Source: Octopus vulgaris
Lineage: Eukaryota
Assembly: GCA_951406725.2 (NCBI GenBank)
Contig: OX597837.1
Location: 24,180,001-24,244,000, forward strand
Length of the DNA stretch: 64,000 nt
Direction: 5' to 3'
The notes under the pieces are model-generated. The model did no database searches and was not told where the DNA came from. It saw only the letters and a list, made by a program, of their open reading frames with translations. The position numbers and the translations under genes were made by a program. Below, piece by piece: positions 14,190 to 26,899 of this stretch (positions are counted from its first letter, which is position 1; each line of letters starts with the position of its first letter).

Positions 14190-14570
14190 TAATTGCTTGT
14201 ACGAAAAGTAAGGCCCTACATACATCAAACTGTCTTCAAATTAAGTGGCGACAGAAGAATTATCGTTGAACTTTTAAAAGGTAAGTTTATTGTTGCCTAC
14301 GTCCAGCTATATGCTGGTTGTTCAAGGTTAGGGAATGGAAACAAGCTATTTGTACTGACCCCGAATGGGAAGACAAAAATTGTTTATCATACAGCTTTGC
14401 TATAAGTTTTAAGTCGACAAATTATATCATTGTTTTGAAGAAAATTGTTCATTGCTTGAAAAATATTGTTCAACTTTAATAAAATTTAATATGTACTCAA
14501 TGCATGAAGCGTCATTGTTAGGCCCAAGGCCCAATGAAGAGCCCTCCACAGGAGCTAGCTTTTAAGCTAG
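14190..14570 (+). mobile_element. Helitron 3' remnant encoding the Pif1-like helicase C-terminus
   Basis: QLYAGCSRLGNGNKLFVLTPNGKTKIVYHTALL* resembles RepHel motif VI (QLYVA.SR...T.N.VY..AL); ends CTAG|T at 14567-14571. Confidence 0.75.
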
Positions 14571-14608
14571 TGTGTGTGTGTGTATGTATGTGTATATATA
14601 TATATATA

Positions 14609-14830
14609 GTTAATCCAAACATGAAAACACAAAGAGAAAACACAACAACGCGAGGATGTGGAACAAATATAGTATTATTGGACGCTCAGGAAGGAAGAGA
14701 AGAAGGAGGGTTTTACGTTTCGAGCGGAGCTCTTCGTCAGAAACATAGGAAAAGGAAAGATCCAGAGAAGGGAAGACGGAGGGAAAAAAATCGCCAACGA
14801 TACACACGCGGTCACATTTTGAATCTGGGA
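14609..14830 (-). mobile_element. Penelope-like pLTR-type element next to (TA)n
   Basis: Contains a canonical minimal hammerhead; shares a CCTGAGCG..TAATAC 3' motif with the A6U family; truncated relative at 40750-40846. Confidence 0.7.
14710..14744 (-). ncRNA. Minimal type I hammerhead ribozyme motif (canonical core)
   Basis: GUUU-CUGACGA-A-GAGC-UCC-GCUC-GAA-ACGU-A/AAAC: stem I GUUU:AAAC, stem II GAGC:GCUC, palindromic ACGU in place of stem III, GUA cleavage triplet. Confidence 0.8.
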
Positions 14831-15059
14831 AGGAAATAGATGGTGGAGGTCCGGGGTGTACGGACGATGAGGTTGGTGGCGGTGGAGGGAGAACAGAAGA
14901 GGAGATGAGGTCGTGGATGGTGGAGGACACTCGTTGTTGGTATGAGGAGGTGGGATCGGAGGGGAGGAGGCGATAGAAGAGGGGATTTTGAAGGTTTTGT
15001 AAGACTTACCTATTCAAACGGACAAGAAGTTAGAAAGATAATAGACCGGACATAACAAT

Positions 15060-15365
15060 TATAGGTAAGGAAAAGCAGCGAAGTTGCTCAATGATCGACC
15101 CACCATGCCCGTTTGATTCCAGTATCGTAAAGAAAGAAAACGGAAAACAAACAAAAAATATAATCCCTTAAAATTTGAAATAGGGAGAATTTGGGGCGTG
15201 AGAAAAGTGAAGGTCGTGCCTATAATAATTGGTGCATTAAGAACAGTCAGCAAAGGTATAGACAAATGGCTGAAAGAGACTGGAACAGAATGCTCGGTAG
15301 AGCTCCTACAGAAAGTTTGTTTCTTAGGGACAGCAAGGATTATCAGGAGGGTTCTAAGCACTAGA
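15060..15365 (+). mobile_element. RLE-type LINE (R4/Dong-like) C-terminal remnant
   Basis: KYNPLKFEIGRIWGVRKVKVVPIIIGAL...LLQKVCFLGTARIIRRVL. Confidence 0.8.
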
Positions 15366-15404
15366 AAGGCAGGTGAAAACTTGTGGATGCCTAAGGTTAT
15401 AATT

Positions 15405-15745
15405 AGTAACCCGCTTTCTCTCGGCCCATTTCTGAGTTAAAGTAGTCACCCTGCTTGTTACTTCGTCCCAGTTTTTGTCCATCTGGAGGTCCGGACTGAA
15501 CCAGACCCTGAACAATTTAACCGGTTTATCCAGCGCCCAACGACACAGTTGGACGGTATGGACTTGCTTCTTCATGCGCCGAGCCGCAAGCCCACTGACT
15601 TTCCCTGGTTAATTCTCGCTCCTGAAACCGCCACATAGTCCCTGAGAGCGATACCGATCATTTCTATGTGTTTAGGATCCGACACCGCTACGGTGACGTC
15701 ATCGGCATATGGCAACACGGGTCTTCCACATCTTAGGTCACACTA
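15405..15745 (-). mobile_element. Tx1/L1-clade reverse transcriptase fragment
   Basis: Minus-strand PYADDVTVAVSD...SGARINQGKS...FRVWF, matching RT domains 5-7. Confidence 0.85.
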
Positions 15746-17399
15746 AGAGCATTAGATTCCTTGGAAGAAAGCAGTGAATGTATACGAAAAAAAGGACGGA
15801 CAAAAAAAAAACAGAGAATGTTACACAAATACAAGTGTGTGTGTGTGTGTGTAAGGGAGTGGTAAAAACACTCCTGATAGTTCATGTGCTTAGCCCTGAG
15901 TTTCAGAACTAGTCATCCGCATGGGTACAAGTGTTTTTCTCGTCCCTGTGAAACTTTAAGCAAATCCGAAAGTTTCAATGCGCGCGCGAGCAAAACACAC
16001 GCACGCACGCACACACATACTCACACACACACTCATGCAGAGGTACACAAATACGTATGTGTGTGTGTGTTTTTCAAAACACTCCAAACTGTTACAAACA
16101 AAAGAAGACATTTGAACTTTTTATTATATTTTGAAAGATAATGGCTATCCCGATTAAGGTACAAAGTCAGCAGCTTTGAGGAGTGGACGGGGTTATAAAT
16201 ACCATCGTTGCCTTCACGTGACTGGTACACCTTTTTTTATCGATCCGTAAATAGATGAAGAGCAAAGCTGCACCCAACGGTATTTGGACTTAGAATTGTA
16301 AAAAGCCGGAACAAAGACCGCCAAAGTATTGTTCTCCGACGCTCAAACGATTCTCTCAGCCCATCATTTTGATATTTAATATCAATAATAATAACAGCGA
16401 CTGTGTCTGGGGGAAGTCATTTTCTTTTTGTGCCTAATTATTTAACACACTCACCGGTAAAATTTTCACTTTTTTTCTTATTTTTATTTTCTTAAAATTT
16501 TCGTTGCATCTTGCAACCTCGATAAAATTTCCACTTTTTTTTATTTTTATTTTCCTAAAATTTTCGTTGCGCATTTTGAGAGTCAAAACTATTGAAAAGG
16601 TTGCAACGCGCAACGAAAATTTTAGGAAAATAAAAATAAGAAAAAAAAAGTGGAAATTTTACCGGTGGGTGTGTTAAATAATAAGGCACTAAAAGAGAAT
16701 GACTCTCCCCAGACACAACAGAATATGCTTCAACACACGAACTCATATAAAGAATCTTGCAAACCAAAAACGAAATACTTTGTATATGTTGTTCGTTTTC
16801 TCATGTCAAAGATATATCGAGCAAAACCTATTATGAAAGGTGTTTCAGATATGACCATCCCGACTTAAATTCAGACATAGTGTAGCTAGGACATAACGTT
16901 ATCGTTATGAGGAAGACTGGAAGAATCCGAAACATCGTTTGCTAGACTGTCTTGCTTGATGGCATTCATTCTGGTTCTTTGCATTCTGGGTTCAAATCCT
17001 GCTTCATCCTTTCAGTATCGATTAATAAGTGTGTCACTCCAGGACAATGGATTAGCGGAACTATTACAATATCCGACCAGACGTCTAGCAATATTTCTCT
17101 CGGTTCTCTACGTTCTATGTTCAAATCTTGCTCGAGTCTACTTGGATGGTAGACTTAATCCGTCGTCCTGTTTAACACCACTAACTGATACTTTAGGTGC
17201 CTTTAGTAGCCCCTACTCTGTTGCACATATAAGGGCCACGTTTTCGGTGATGAGGAAAGTTCCCCCCCCCTCCTTTCCTCACCACCATTTAGTCTCGGAA
17301 GCCCTGTCTTTTCTCTTGAGTATAAGATAGAATATATTCATACTCGAATTTTGATCTCCAATGATTTTATATATAATCGCTTTTGATTTTCTCCCTCAT

Positions 17400-18270
17400 G
17401 CCAGCTCTGCCCGAGTAAACCTTTGAACAAAAGTTTCCACTGTATTATATTGGCTGGAGGTGCTGCCGGTGGAAAGTTAACCCTTGCATTTTATACAAAA
17501 CTAGTGGAGGATATGAAAGACGATAACCTGAGACTAATTCTGGGTGTCGACGAGGACAATCTGAACAGCCGCAAGGATAATCTGAATTTAAGGTCAGATT
17601 ATGAAAAACTTCCAAAAGTCCTAAGGCACGGAAGCATCAAACAGCCGACCTTGTCTGTTATGTGACCTAAGCGTTGAAACTGTCCTGCATGCTTTTTTTC
17701 CAGTGTCCATTCATTGGCCGACTTGTTGGCTTGTATTGAACGGTTACTGTCACTTGTAAGGCGGCGAGGTGGCAGAATCGTTAGCACTCCGGGCGAAACG
17801 CTTTGCGGTATTTCGTCTGTCTTTACGTTCTGAGTTCAAATTCCGCCGAGGTCGACTTTGCCTTTCATCCTTTCGGGGTCGATTAAATAAGTACCAGTTA
17901 CGCACTGGGGTCGATGTAATCGACTTAATACCTATGTCTGTCCTTGTTTGTCCCCTCTGTGTTTAGCTTCTTGTGGGTAATAAAGAAATACGTATTTCGT
18001 CTGTCGTTACGTTCTGAGTTCAAATTCCACCGAGGTCGACTTTGCCTTTCATCCTTTCGGGGTCGATTAAATAAGTACCAGTTACGCACTGGGGTCGATA
18101 TAATCGATTTAATCCCTTTGTCTATCCTTGTTTGTCCCCTCTATGTTTAGCCCCTTGTGGGTAGTAAAGAAATAGGTTACTGTCACTTGTAGGATGAATT
18201 CTGAAAGTAGTTGAGTCTATCGTGAAAACCGACCAATTGTTTTCTTTTAGCATGGAAGAGCAGTAAGTTT
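17400..18270 (+). mobile_element. Decayed Tx1-like ORF2 C-terminal fragment, split by a SINE B dimer
   Basis: FYTKLVE..LGVDE..LRHGS..ETVLHAFFQCP aligns by eye with the 47420-48367 element. Confidence 0.7.
17759..18174 (+). mobile_element. SINE family B head-to-tail dimer
   Basis: Two units within one 17-bp TSD GGTTACTGTCACTTGTA (17742-17758, 18175-18191). Confidence 0.9.
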
Positions 18271-18553
18271 TCCTGTATCTGGTTTCTATAATCTTTTCTA
18301 CACAAAGCCCGAAATTTTTGTAGAGGGGGGCAGTCGATTAGATCGACCCCAATACGCAGCCGGTGCTTAATTTATCGACCCCGAAAGGATGAAAGGCAAT
18401 GTCGACCTCGGCGGAATTTGAATTCAGAACGTAAAGACAGACGAACTACCGCTAAGCATTTCGCCCGGCGTGCTAACGTTTCGGGGACGTAAACAAAGTA
18501 AACAAACCAACATCGGGTTGTTAAGTAGTAATGACGAACAAACACACATATTC

Positions 18554-18584
<31 letters not shown>

Positions 18585-18608
18585 TGTATGTATGTATGTA
18601 TGTATGTA

Positions 18609-18641
<33 letters not shown>

Positions 18642-18642
<1 letters not shown>

Positions 18643-18848
18643 ACGGGAAGCTTTATGAAAATAAACAAAAGACGAAGGCAGGTGGAATATAAACAAACAA
18701 TTGTATTAATATGGCGCTCAGGAATATAAATAAAACAAGTCTTTTACGTTTCGAGCCTACGCTCTTCAACAGAAAGATACACAGAAAAGAAACACAGAAA
18801 GAAACAAGGAGAGAAAAAAAATGCGTGCAGAAGCTAGCGAATCAACAT
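18642..18848 (-). mobile_element. A6U-hammerhead Penelope-like element
   Basis: Minus-strand CTTT-CTGTTGA-A-GAGC-GTAG-GCTC-GAA-ACGT-A-AAAG at 18741-18776; (TA)n at its 3' end. Confidence 0.7.
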
Positions 18849-19040
18849 GACACATACACACACACACACACACACTCACACATACAGTAGGCTTCTTTCA
18901 GTCTCTGTCTATCAAATGTACCCACAAGGCATTGATCGGTCCGAGGTCTTTCTTAGAAGACACTTGTCAAGCAGTGACACCGAACTTAAGGTCTCATGGT
19001 TAGGAAACAAGCTTCTTAACCACACAGCGACTCCTGCACC

Positions 19041-19073
<33 letters not shown>

Positions 19074-19684
19074 TCTTCCCCAAAATTATTCTAGACAGTT
19101 TCCCCTCATACTGGAGAAGTTTTGTTGTGAATTTTTGTCGCTATATTTATTTATCTTTTTTTAATTTCGCTTTCTTTTTCTTCGATGTCGGTCACTGCTC
19201 GATGTACATCTTCTTTGTTTAGCATTTCGTTGTTATTCTACAGTTCTCATAATCTGGGTCCTTGTGGCCAATAAAAGAAATTATTATAAATATTATTGAA
19301 TCATCATCACCACCACCACCACCACCATCATCATCCTGTTTTGCTATAGTTTCATGCGTGTCTCTGCTGCACCGCAAAGTGCACTATTATTACTGTTTGT
19401 CATTATTATTGTCATCACTATCATTATGCATCTAAGATATCATTATTTAATTTATGAGAAAATCTTAATTACACTTTGCATTATGTAGAGTGAAAGGTGA
19501 CCGAGGTTGATTCCACCTTTACAAAGCTTGCCTTCGGGCCTCGATTAAAAATGAGTAAGGCAAAAAACGTGGTGGTGGTAGAAAAGGAAGTAAATCTCGC
19601 CACGACCACATAAATGTGTCTTGTCTCCAGTCTCGAGTCCCGAAACAAAAGAAATTATTATAGGTTTTATTATTATTATTATTA

Positions 19685-19715
<31 letters not shown>

Positions 19716-19734
19716 TCATATACGCACAACCAGG

Positions 19735-19972
19735 AACTATTCTTAAAGGTTTGAACAGGTGGATAGCGGAAATAGGCATAAAACCTAATTAGTGCCGCTC
19801 CAGAAAACAGTGTTATTAGGGACAGCTAGGATACTTGGGAAAGGTTCTTGACATCTATGGTTACTTGTAGACTGATGATAGATTTTTGTTCCAACAGTCT
19901 AATCATTTGACTTTCCTAACTATCCTAGCAGTCCCTAATAACACTGCTTTCTGGAGTGGCACTAAATTTAGG
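19735..19972 (+). mobile_element. R4/Dong-like LINE 3' remnant with a short inverted duplication
   Basis: LQKTVLLGTARILG coding remnant; 19784-19833 is repeated inverted at 19921-19972. Confidence 0.7.
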
Positions 19973-19984
19973 AAGAGCTACTTT

Positions 19985-20376
19985 ATATAAGCAAACGTCA
20001 TAACATATACTAAATGTAAACACAAACGTGAGACAAACAGAAAGTCCATAATCCTTCATCAGTTATTGACCAATGGTACTTTTTCAGATTCGCACCTTTA
20101 GCGATAAAACTAAACGCTTCCCGATTTACCCTCGTCCTTTATATCACTCTGTGTCGTTTTGCTTGTTTTGTTTCGTTTTGTTGGCTCTTGTCCCTAATTC
20201 TACGCAAGAAGACTTTCTTTTCGCGGGCACTGCCAATTGGGAAGCTTTCAGTTTTATCGCTAAAGGTGCAAAACTGAAAAGTACCATTGGTCGATAACTG
20301 ACGAAGGATTATGGAAATTCTGTTTGTCTCACGGTTTGTTTTTACATTCAGTATACGTTATGTCGTTTGGTTATAT
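19985..20376. repeat. About 140-bp imperfect inverted repeat pair (19985-20126 / 20235-20376), possibly Penelope pLTR-like
   Basis: Arms align by eye, e.g. GTTTTATCGCTAAAGGTGC..AGTACCATTGGTC.ATAACTGA.GAAGGATTATGG. Confidence 0.75.
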
Positions 20377-20430
20377 ATATTTTTCATTTATCAAGCAACG
20401 GAACGCTACACACCGAATTTGTGTGTGTGT

Positions 20431-20496
<66 letters not shown>

Positions 20497-20498
<2 letters not shown>

Positions 20499-20738
20499 CG
20501 GGAAGCTTTATGAAAATAGACAAAAGACGAAGGCAGGTTTACGGAAATAAACAAAAGACGAAGGCAGGTGGAATACAAACAAACAATTGTATTAGTATGG
20601 CGCTCAGGAAATATAAATAAAACAAGTCTTTAACGTTTCGAGCCTACGCTCTTCAACAGAAAGATACACAGAGAAAAAAAACACAGAAAGAAGGAGAGAA
20701 AAAAATATGCGTGCAGAGGCTAGCGAATCAACATGGCG

Positions 20739-20739
<1 letters not shown>
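20497..20739 (-). mobile_element. A6U-hammerhead Penelope-like element
   Basis: Motif at 20628-20663 with GUU cleavage triplet; (TA)n on both sides. Confidence 0.7.
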
Positions 20740-20811
<72 letters not shown>

Positions 20812-21019
20812 TAATATATGTATGTAATGTATGTGTGTGCGTGTGTATATAGTACGTTCACAAAATATTTACTCCATAATCGTTAGTCCGACAAAATATA
20901 TTTTGTTTCGTCTCTGAACAAAATTTAGGAAGAGCTACTATATAAATAGTAAGAAGGAAAGGAAATAGGAAAATCATATACATACAAGCATACACATGCA
21001 CACACACACACACGCACAG

Positions 21020-21078
<59 letters not shown>

Positions 21079-21406
21079 CATACATATAAAAGAAAGACAC
21101 ACAGGAATAAAATACACACACTCATATAAACATATTCTTACACACAACACATATACAAGTATAAATGTGTGTGTGTGTGAGTGTGCATGTGATGTATATG
21201 TATTTGTATATACGCACACGCGCGTTCAAATCACACAACACGCATATACACGCAAATATAGGCACACACTCACACACACACATACAAATATGCGTCTGTC
21301 TATACACATACATACAAATACAGGTATACATACTAATAAACATATAAAAAATCATACATATAATACATATACACATATGTACACTGATCGCACACTCATT
21401 ATACAC

Positions 21407-21409
21407 ATG

Positions 21410-21443
<34 letters not shown>

Positions 21444-21449
21444 TGTATG

Positions 21450-21483
<34 letters not shown>

Positions 21484-22861
21484 TGTATGTATGTATGTAT
21501 GTATGTATGTATGTATGTATGTACGCATGTATGTTTGTATGTATGTATGTATATTTGTATACATGTATGTATGTTTGTGTGTATGTTTGTGGGTATGTAT
21601 GTATGTATGTTTGTATGTACGAATGTATGTTTGTATGTATGCTTGTATGTATGTTTGTATGTAAGTTTGTATGTATGTATTATGTTTGTATTATGTATGT
21701 ATGTATTATATATGTATGTATGTATGTTTGTATACATGTATATATGTATGTATGTATGTATGTTTGTATACATGTATGTATGTTTGTATGTATGGATGTA
21801 TATATGTATGTATGTATGTTTGTATGTATGTATGTATGTATGTATGTATGTACGTATGCATGTATGTATGTATGCATGTTTGTATACATGTATGTATGTT
21901 TGTGTGTATGTATGTATATATGTATGTATGTATGTATGTATGTTTGTATTATGTATGTATGTATGTATGTATGTATGTATGTATGTATGCTTGTATATAT
22001 GTATGTGTGTATGTATGTATGTGTGTATACATGTTCGTATGTTTGTATGTACGAATGTATGTTTGTATGTATGTTTGTGTGTATGTTTGTGGGTATGTAT
22101 GTATGTATGTTTGTATGTACGAATGTATGTTTGTATGTATGCTTGTATGTATGTATGTATGTATGTATGTATGTTTGTATGTATGCTTGTATGTATGTAT
22201 GTATGTATGTATGTTTGTATACATGTATGTATGTTTGTATGTATGGATGTATATATGTATGTATGTATGTTTGTATATATGTATGTATGTATGTATGTAT
22301 GTACGTATGCATGTATGTATGTATGCATGTTTGTATACATGTATGTATGTTTGTGTGTATGTATGTATATATGTATGTATGTATGTTTGTGTGTATGTAT
22401 GTATATATGTATGTACGTATGCATGTATGTATGTATGCATGTTTGTATACATGTATGTATGTTTGTGTGTATGTATGTATGTATGTATGCTTGTATATAT
22501 GTATGTGTGTATGTATGTATGTGTGTATACATGTTCGTATGTATGTATGTATGTTTGAATGTATGTATGTATGTATGTTTGTGTGTATGTATGTATGTAT
22601 GTATGTATGTATGTATGTATGTATGTATGTGTGTATGCTTGTGTGTATATACGTATGCATGTATGTATGCTTGTGTGTATGTATGCTTGTGTGTATGTAT
22701 GTATGTATGTTTGTGTGTATGTATGTTTGTATGTATTATGTATGTATGTATGTTCGTATGTATATATATGTATGCATGCATGCATGCATGCATGCATGTA
22801 TGTATGTATGTATGTATGTATGTTTGTATGTATGTATGTATGCATGTTTGTATGTATGTAT
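21407..22861. repeat. 1.45-kb degenerate (TATG)n array
   Basis: Direct inspection; this array is the source of the 295-507 aa pseudo-ORFs. Confidence 0.95.
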
Positions 22862-23140
22862 GGTTCTCATTTCATCAACCACGTTTTACACACAACGGCT
22901 ATAGATCACAGTTAGTCCCCCATATAGCAATTCTTTAAGGAAGTCTTAACGCTGGCGGCATTCCACGAACAATTGCCATTGAAATTTGTTAAAACAACCA
23001 GGAAAAACCTCTCTTACATCATTGCAAATGTCAAAGAGGCGACGGCCAACCTGCTGTAAATAGACGGCAATAGTAAGACATATTGCATCTGTAGTGTCAA
23101 AGGCGAAAGGCTGGGAAAGGTACTTTCGCATTTCCCTGTC
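22862..23140 (-). mobile_element. CRE-like LINE 3' end abutting the (CATA)n array
   Basis: Frameshifted KYLSQPFAFDT...VGRRL..DVRE.SWLF*QISMAIVRG.AASV resembles the CRE-clade terminal motif (QRISxAIQRGNAxSV). Confidence 0.65.
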
Positions 23141-24056
23141 TTACTTTTTTTCCTGTATTTATTTCAATCATTGAACTGTGGCCATGTTTGGGAACCGCCT
23201 TGAAGGGTTTAGGCCAGTCTTTCTCAACCATTTTTTTTACCTGTGGACCCCTTTGATTCCTGTTTTATTTTAGTGGATATCACATACCCATTCAATGCTT
23301 TTAAAAATTTCGTTATATTTTTATAATTGAACATTATAAGAAAATGTACTCTTTACTCTTTCTCTTTTACTCTTTTGCATGTTTCAGTCATGTGACTGTG
23401 GCCATGCTGGAGCACCGCCTTCAGTCGATCAAATCTTATTCTTTGTAAGCCTAGTACTTATTTTATCGCTCACTTTTTGCCGAACCGCTAAGTTACGGGG
23501 ACGTATAAACACCAGCATCGGTTGTCAAGCGATGTTGGTGGGGACAAACACAGACACCGCCTTTTAGTCGAGCAAATCGACCCCAGAACTTATTCTTTGT
23601 AACCCTAGTGCTTATTCTATCGGGCTCTCTTTTGCCGAACCGGCAGACGAAATACGGCTTCGCATTTCGCCCGGCTTGCTAACGTTTCTGTCAGACGATG
23701 ATGACAATATTGTTTGTAACTTATGGTGACGAGCTTGGTAGAATCATTAACACGCCGGGAGAGCTACTTAGCGACATTTTGCACGTCTCCATGTTCTGAG
23801 TTCAAATTCCACTTAAGTCGACTTCACCTTTTATATACTTTCGGGGTTCGATAAAATAAGTACCAGCCGACTTACTCCCTCTCCCGAAATTGCTGGTCTT
23901 TCACCAAAATCTGAAATCCATGTCGCTTGTAACTGAGGAGAAACGGCGGGAAGGGAATAGCTGAGTATATCTACCCCCAGTATTTTACTGATATCTGGAG
24001 CAGAAGTGTAAAAAAAAAAAAATACAAAATTATTTTTTCAATTCTTTTTTTTTTTC

Positions 24057-24730
24057 AGGCGCAGGAGTGGCTGTGTGGTAAGTAGCTTGCTTACCAACCA
24101 CATGGTTCTGGGTTCAGTCCCACTGCGTGGCACCTTGGGCAAGTGTCTTCTACTATAGCCTCGGGCCTACCAAAGCCTTGTCAGTGGATTTGGTAGACGG
24201 AAACTGAAAGAAGCCCGTCGTATATATGTATATATATGTGTATGTGTGTTTGCGTGTTTGTGTTTGTCCCCCCAACATCGCTTGACAACCGATGCTGGTG
24301 TGTTTACGTCTCCGTAACTTAGCGGTTCGGCAAAGGAGAGACCGATTAGAATAAGTACAAGGCTTACAAAGAATAAGTCCTGGGGGTCTATGTGTCTTCT
24401 ACTATAGCCTCGGGCCTACCAAAGCCTTGTCAGTGGATTTGGTAGACGGAAACTGAAAGAAGCCCGTCGTATATATGTATATATATGTGTGTATGTGTGT
24501 TTGCGTGTTTGTGTTTGTCCCCCCAACATCGCTTGACAACCGATGCTGGTGTGTTTACGTCCCCGTAACTTAGCGGTTCGGCAAAGGAGAGACCGATTAG
24601 AATAAGTACTAGGCTTACAAAGAATAAGTCCTGGGAGGGGGGTTCTATATCCTCCTCGACTAAAGGCGGTGCTCCAGCATGGCCGCAGTCAAATGACTGA
24701 AACAAGTAAGAGAGTAAAAGAGAAAAGAGT
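24057..24730 (+). mobile_element. SINE family A with an internal tandem duplication of about 245 bp
   Basis: 24143-24385 is repeated nearly identically at 24392-24635. Confidence 0.9.
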
Positions 24731-24959
24731 ATACTTCATCGTTGTGTGAGACACAGGAAGACTAAGGTAAAAACAAACTGGAAGTAAAAATAGGCGGAGT
24801 TTCCGATTAGGCAGGTATATTATGACTCATGGAAAGGGGAAAGGTACTTTTACTTCCATATTTTCTTTTCTTTTGTGAGTGGTTAACAAGTTTGTTTAAT
24901 TTCAATTTTTATTTTATTTTACTTCTTTTATTTATTTACTTATTTATTTATTTATTTAT

Positions 24960-25187
24960 TTACTCTTTACTCTTTTACTCGTTTACGTGTTTCAGTCATT
25001 TGACTGCGGCCATGCTGGAGCACCGCCTTTAGTCGAGCAAATCGACCCCCCCGGGACTTATTCTTTGTAAGCCCAGTACTTATTCTATCGGTCTCTTTTG
25101 CCGAACCGCTAAGTGACGGGGACGTAAACACACCAGCATCGGTTGTCAAGCAATGCTAGGGAGACAAACACAGACACACAAACATAT

Positions 25188-25225
<38 letters not shown>

Positions 25226-25384
25226 ATATATACGACAGGCTTCTTTTAGTTTCCGTCTACCAAATCCACTCACGGCCCGGGGCTATAGCAGAAGACACTT
25301 GCCCAAGATGCCACGCAGTGGGACTGAACCCGGAACCATGTGGTTGGTTAGCAAGCTACTTACCACACGGCCACTCCTGCGCCT
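24960..25384 (-). mobile_element. SINE family A, full length
   Basis: Reverse-complement match from head to tail. Confidence 0.9.
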
Positions 25385-26899
25385 ATTTATTCATTTATTG
25401 CTCATCATATGATCTTGGGTTCGGTCTCACTGCGCGGCACCTTGGCCAAGTGTCTTCTACTACAGCTGCAGGCCGGCCTAAGCTTTGTGATTTGAATTTG
25501 GTAAGCGGAAACTGAAAGAATCCTGTCATGTGTATACACACATACACACACGCACTCGCACGCACACACACACACACACACACATATCCGTGTATATATT
25601 TGTGCATGTGTTTGTATGTGTGTGTGTTGTGTTTGCTTTTGTAACCCCCACCACCACCACCACCACTGCTTGGCAACCAGTGTTGATTTGTTTATGTCAG
25701 CGTAACTTAGTGGTTCGGCAAAAGAGAGACCGATAAAATAAGTACCAGGCTTTAAAAAAAATAATAACTGGGTCGATTTGCTTTGTTCGACTAAACTTTT
25801 ATGGCCAGCATGGCCACAGTCAAATGAGTGAAACAAATAAAAGATTAAAAAAAGATACAAGAATTACGTTTCTGAAAGAATTTTACAAACATTTATAGTC
25901 TCTCTCCCCCCCCCCCCCGCCGCCACCACCTCCACCAACAACGACGACGACGGCGGCTGAATTTGTTTTCCTTTCCAATCCAGATATAGAATCATCCAAG
26001 CTAAAATTTCACAATTGTATCCGTCACGGATCGTTAGAAGACAAAAATTAACCTCGCAGGAATTTGAACTCAGAACGTGAAGTGTCGTAACTAAACAGCA
26101 CAAAGTATTTTAACCGATACTCCCATGACTCTCTGCAAATAAGGCCAGCAATTTTAAGGGACGGGACTAGTCTTTTACATCGACCCCAGTGCTCGACTGG
26201 TACTTGTTCTATTGAAGGCGGCGAGCTGGCAGAATCGTTAGCACGCCGGGCGAAATGCTTTATGGCATTTCGTCTGCCGCTGCGTTCTGAGTTCAAATTC
26301 CGCCGAGGTCCACTTTGCCTTTCATCCTTTTGGGGTCGATAAATTAAGCACCAGTTACGCACTGGGTCGATATAATCGACTTAATCCGTTTGTCTGTCCT
26401 TGTTTGTCCTCTCTGTGTGGGTAGCAAAGAAATAGGTACTTATTCTATTGACACTCCCACCCCCGAAAGGATGAAAGGCAAAGTTGACCTCACTGTTCTG
26501 AATAACATCAATAATTTTTTTTTCTACTATAGGCACAAAGCCAGATAATTTGTGGGTAGAGAACCAGCTGATTATATCGATCCCATTGCTCATCTGGTAT
26601 CTATTTTATCGACTCCAAAAGGATGCAAGGCAAAGTCGACCACAGCGGAATTTGAACTCTAAGATGAACGAAATGCCGCTAAGCATTATGTCCGAATTAC
26701 TAACGACTCCGCCAACTCGCCGACTTAATAACCTGCCAACAACAGTCACAAAGTCTGAAATGTTGTGGGAGGGAGCTAGTCAGTTCCTTCAACCCCGGTA
26801 CTCGCCAGGTACTTATTTTATCAATCCCAAAAGAATGAAAGGCAAAGTCGACCTCGGATGAAATGTTAAGCTTTTTGTCCGACGTGCTAACGATCCTGA

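Noticed and set aside
20996-22938. Long ORFs of 222-507 aa
   Set aside because: They are translations of stop-free (TATG)n/(CA)n repeats, open in several frames on both strands.
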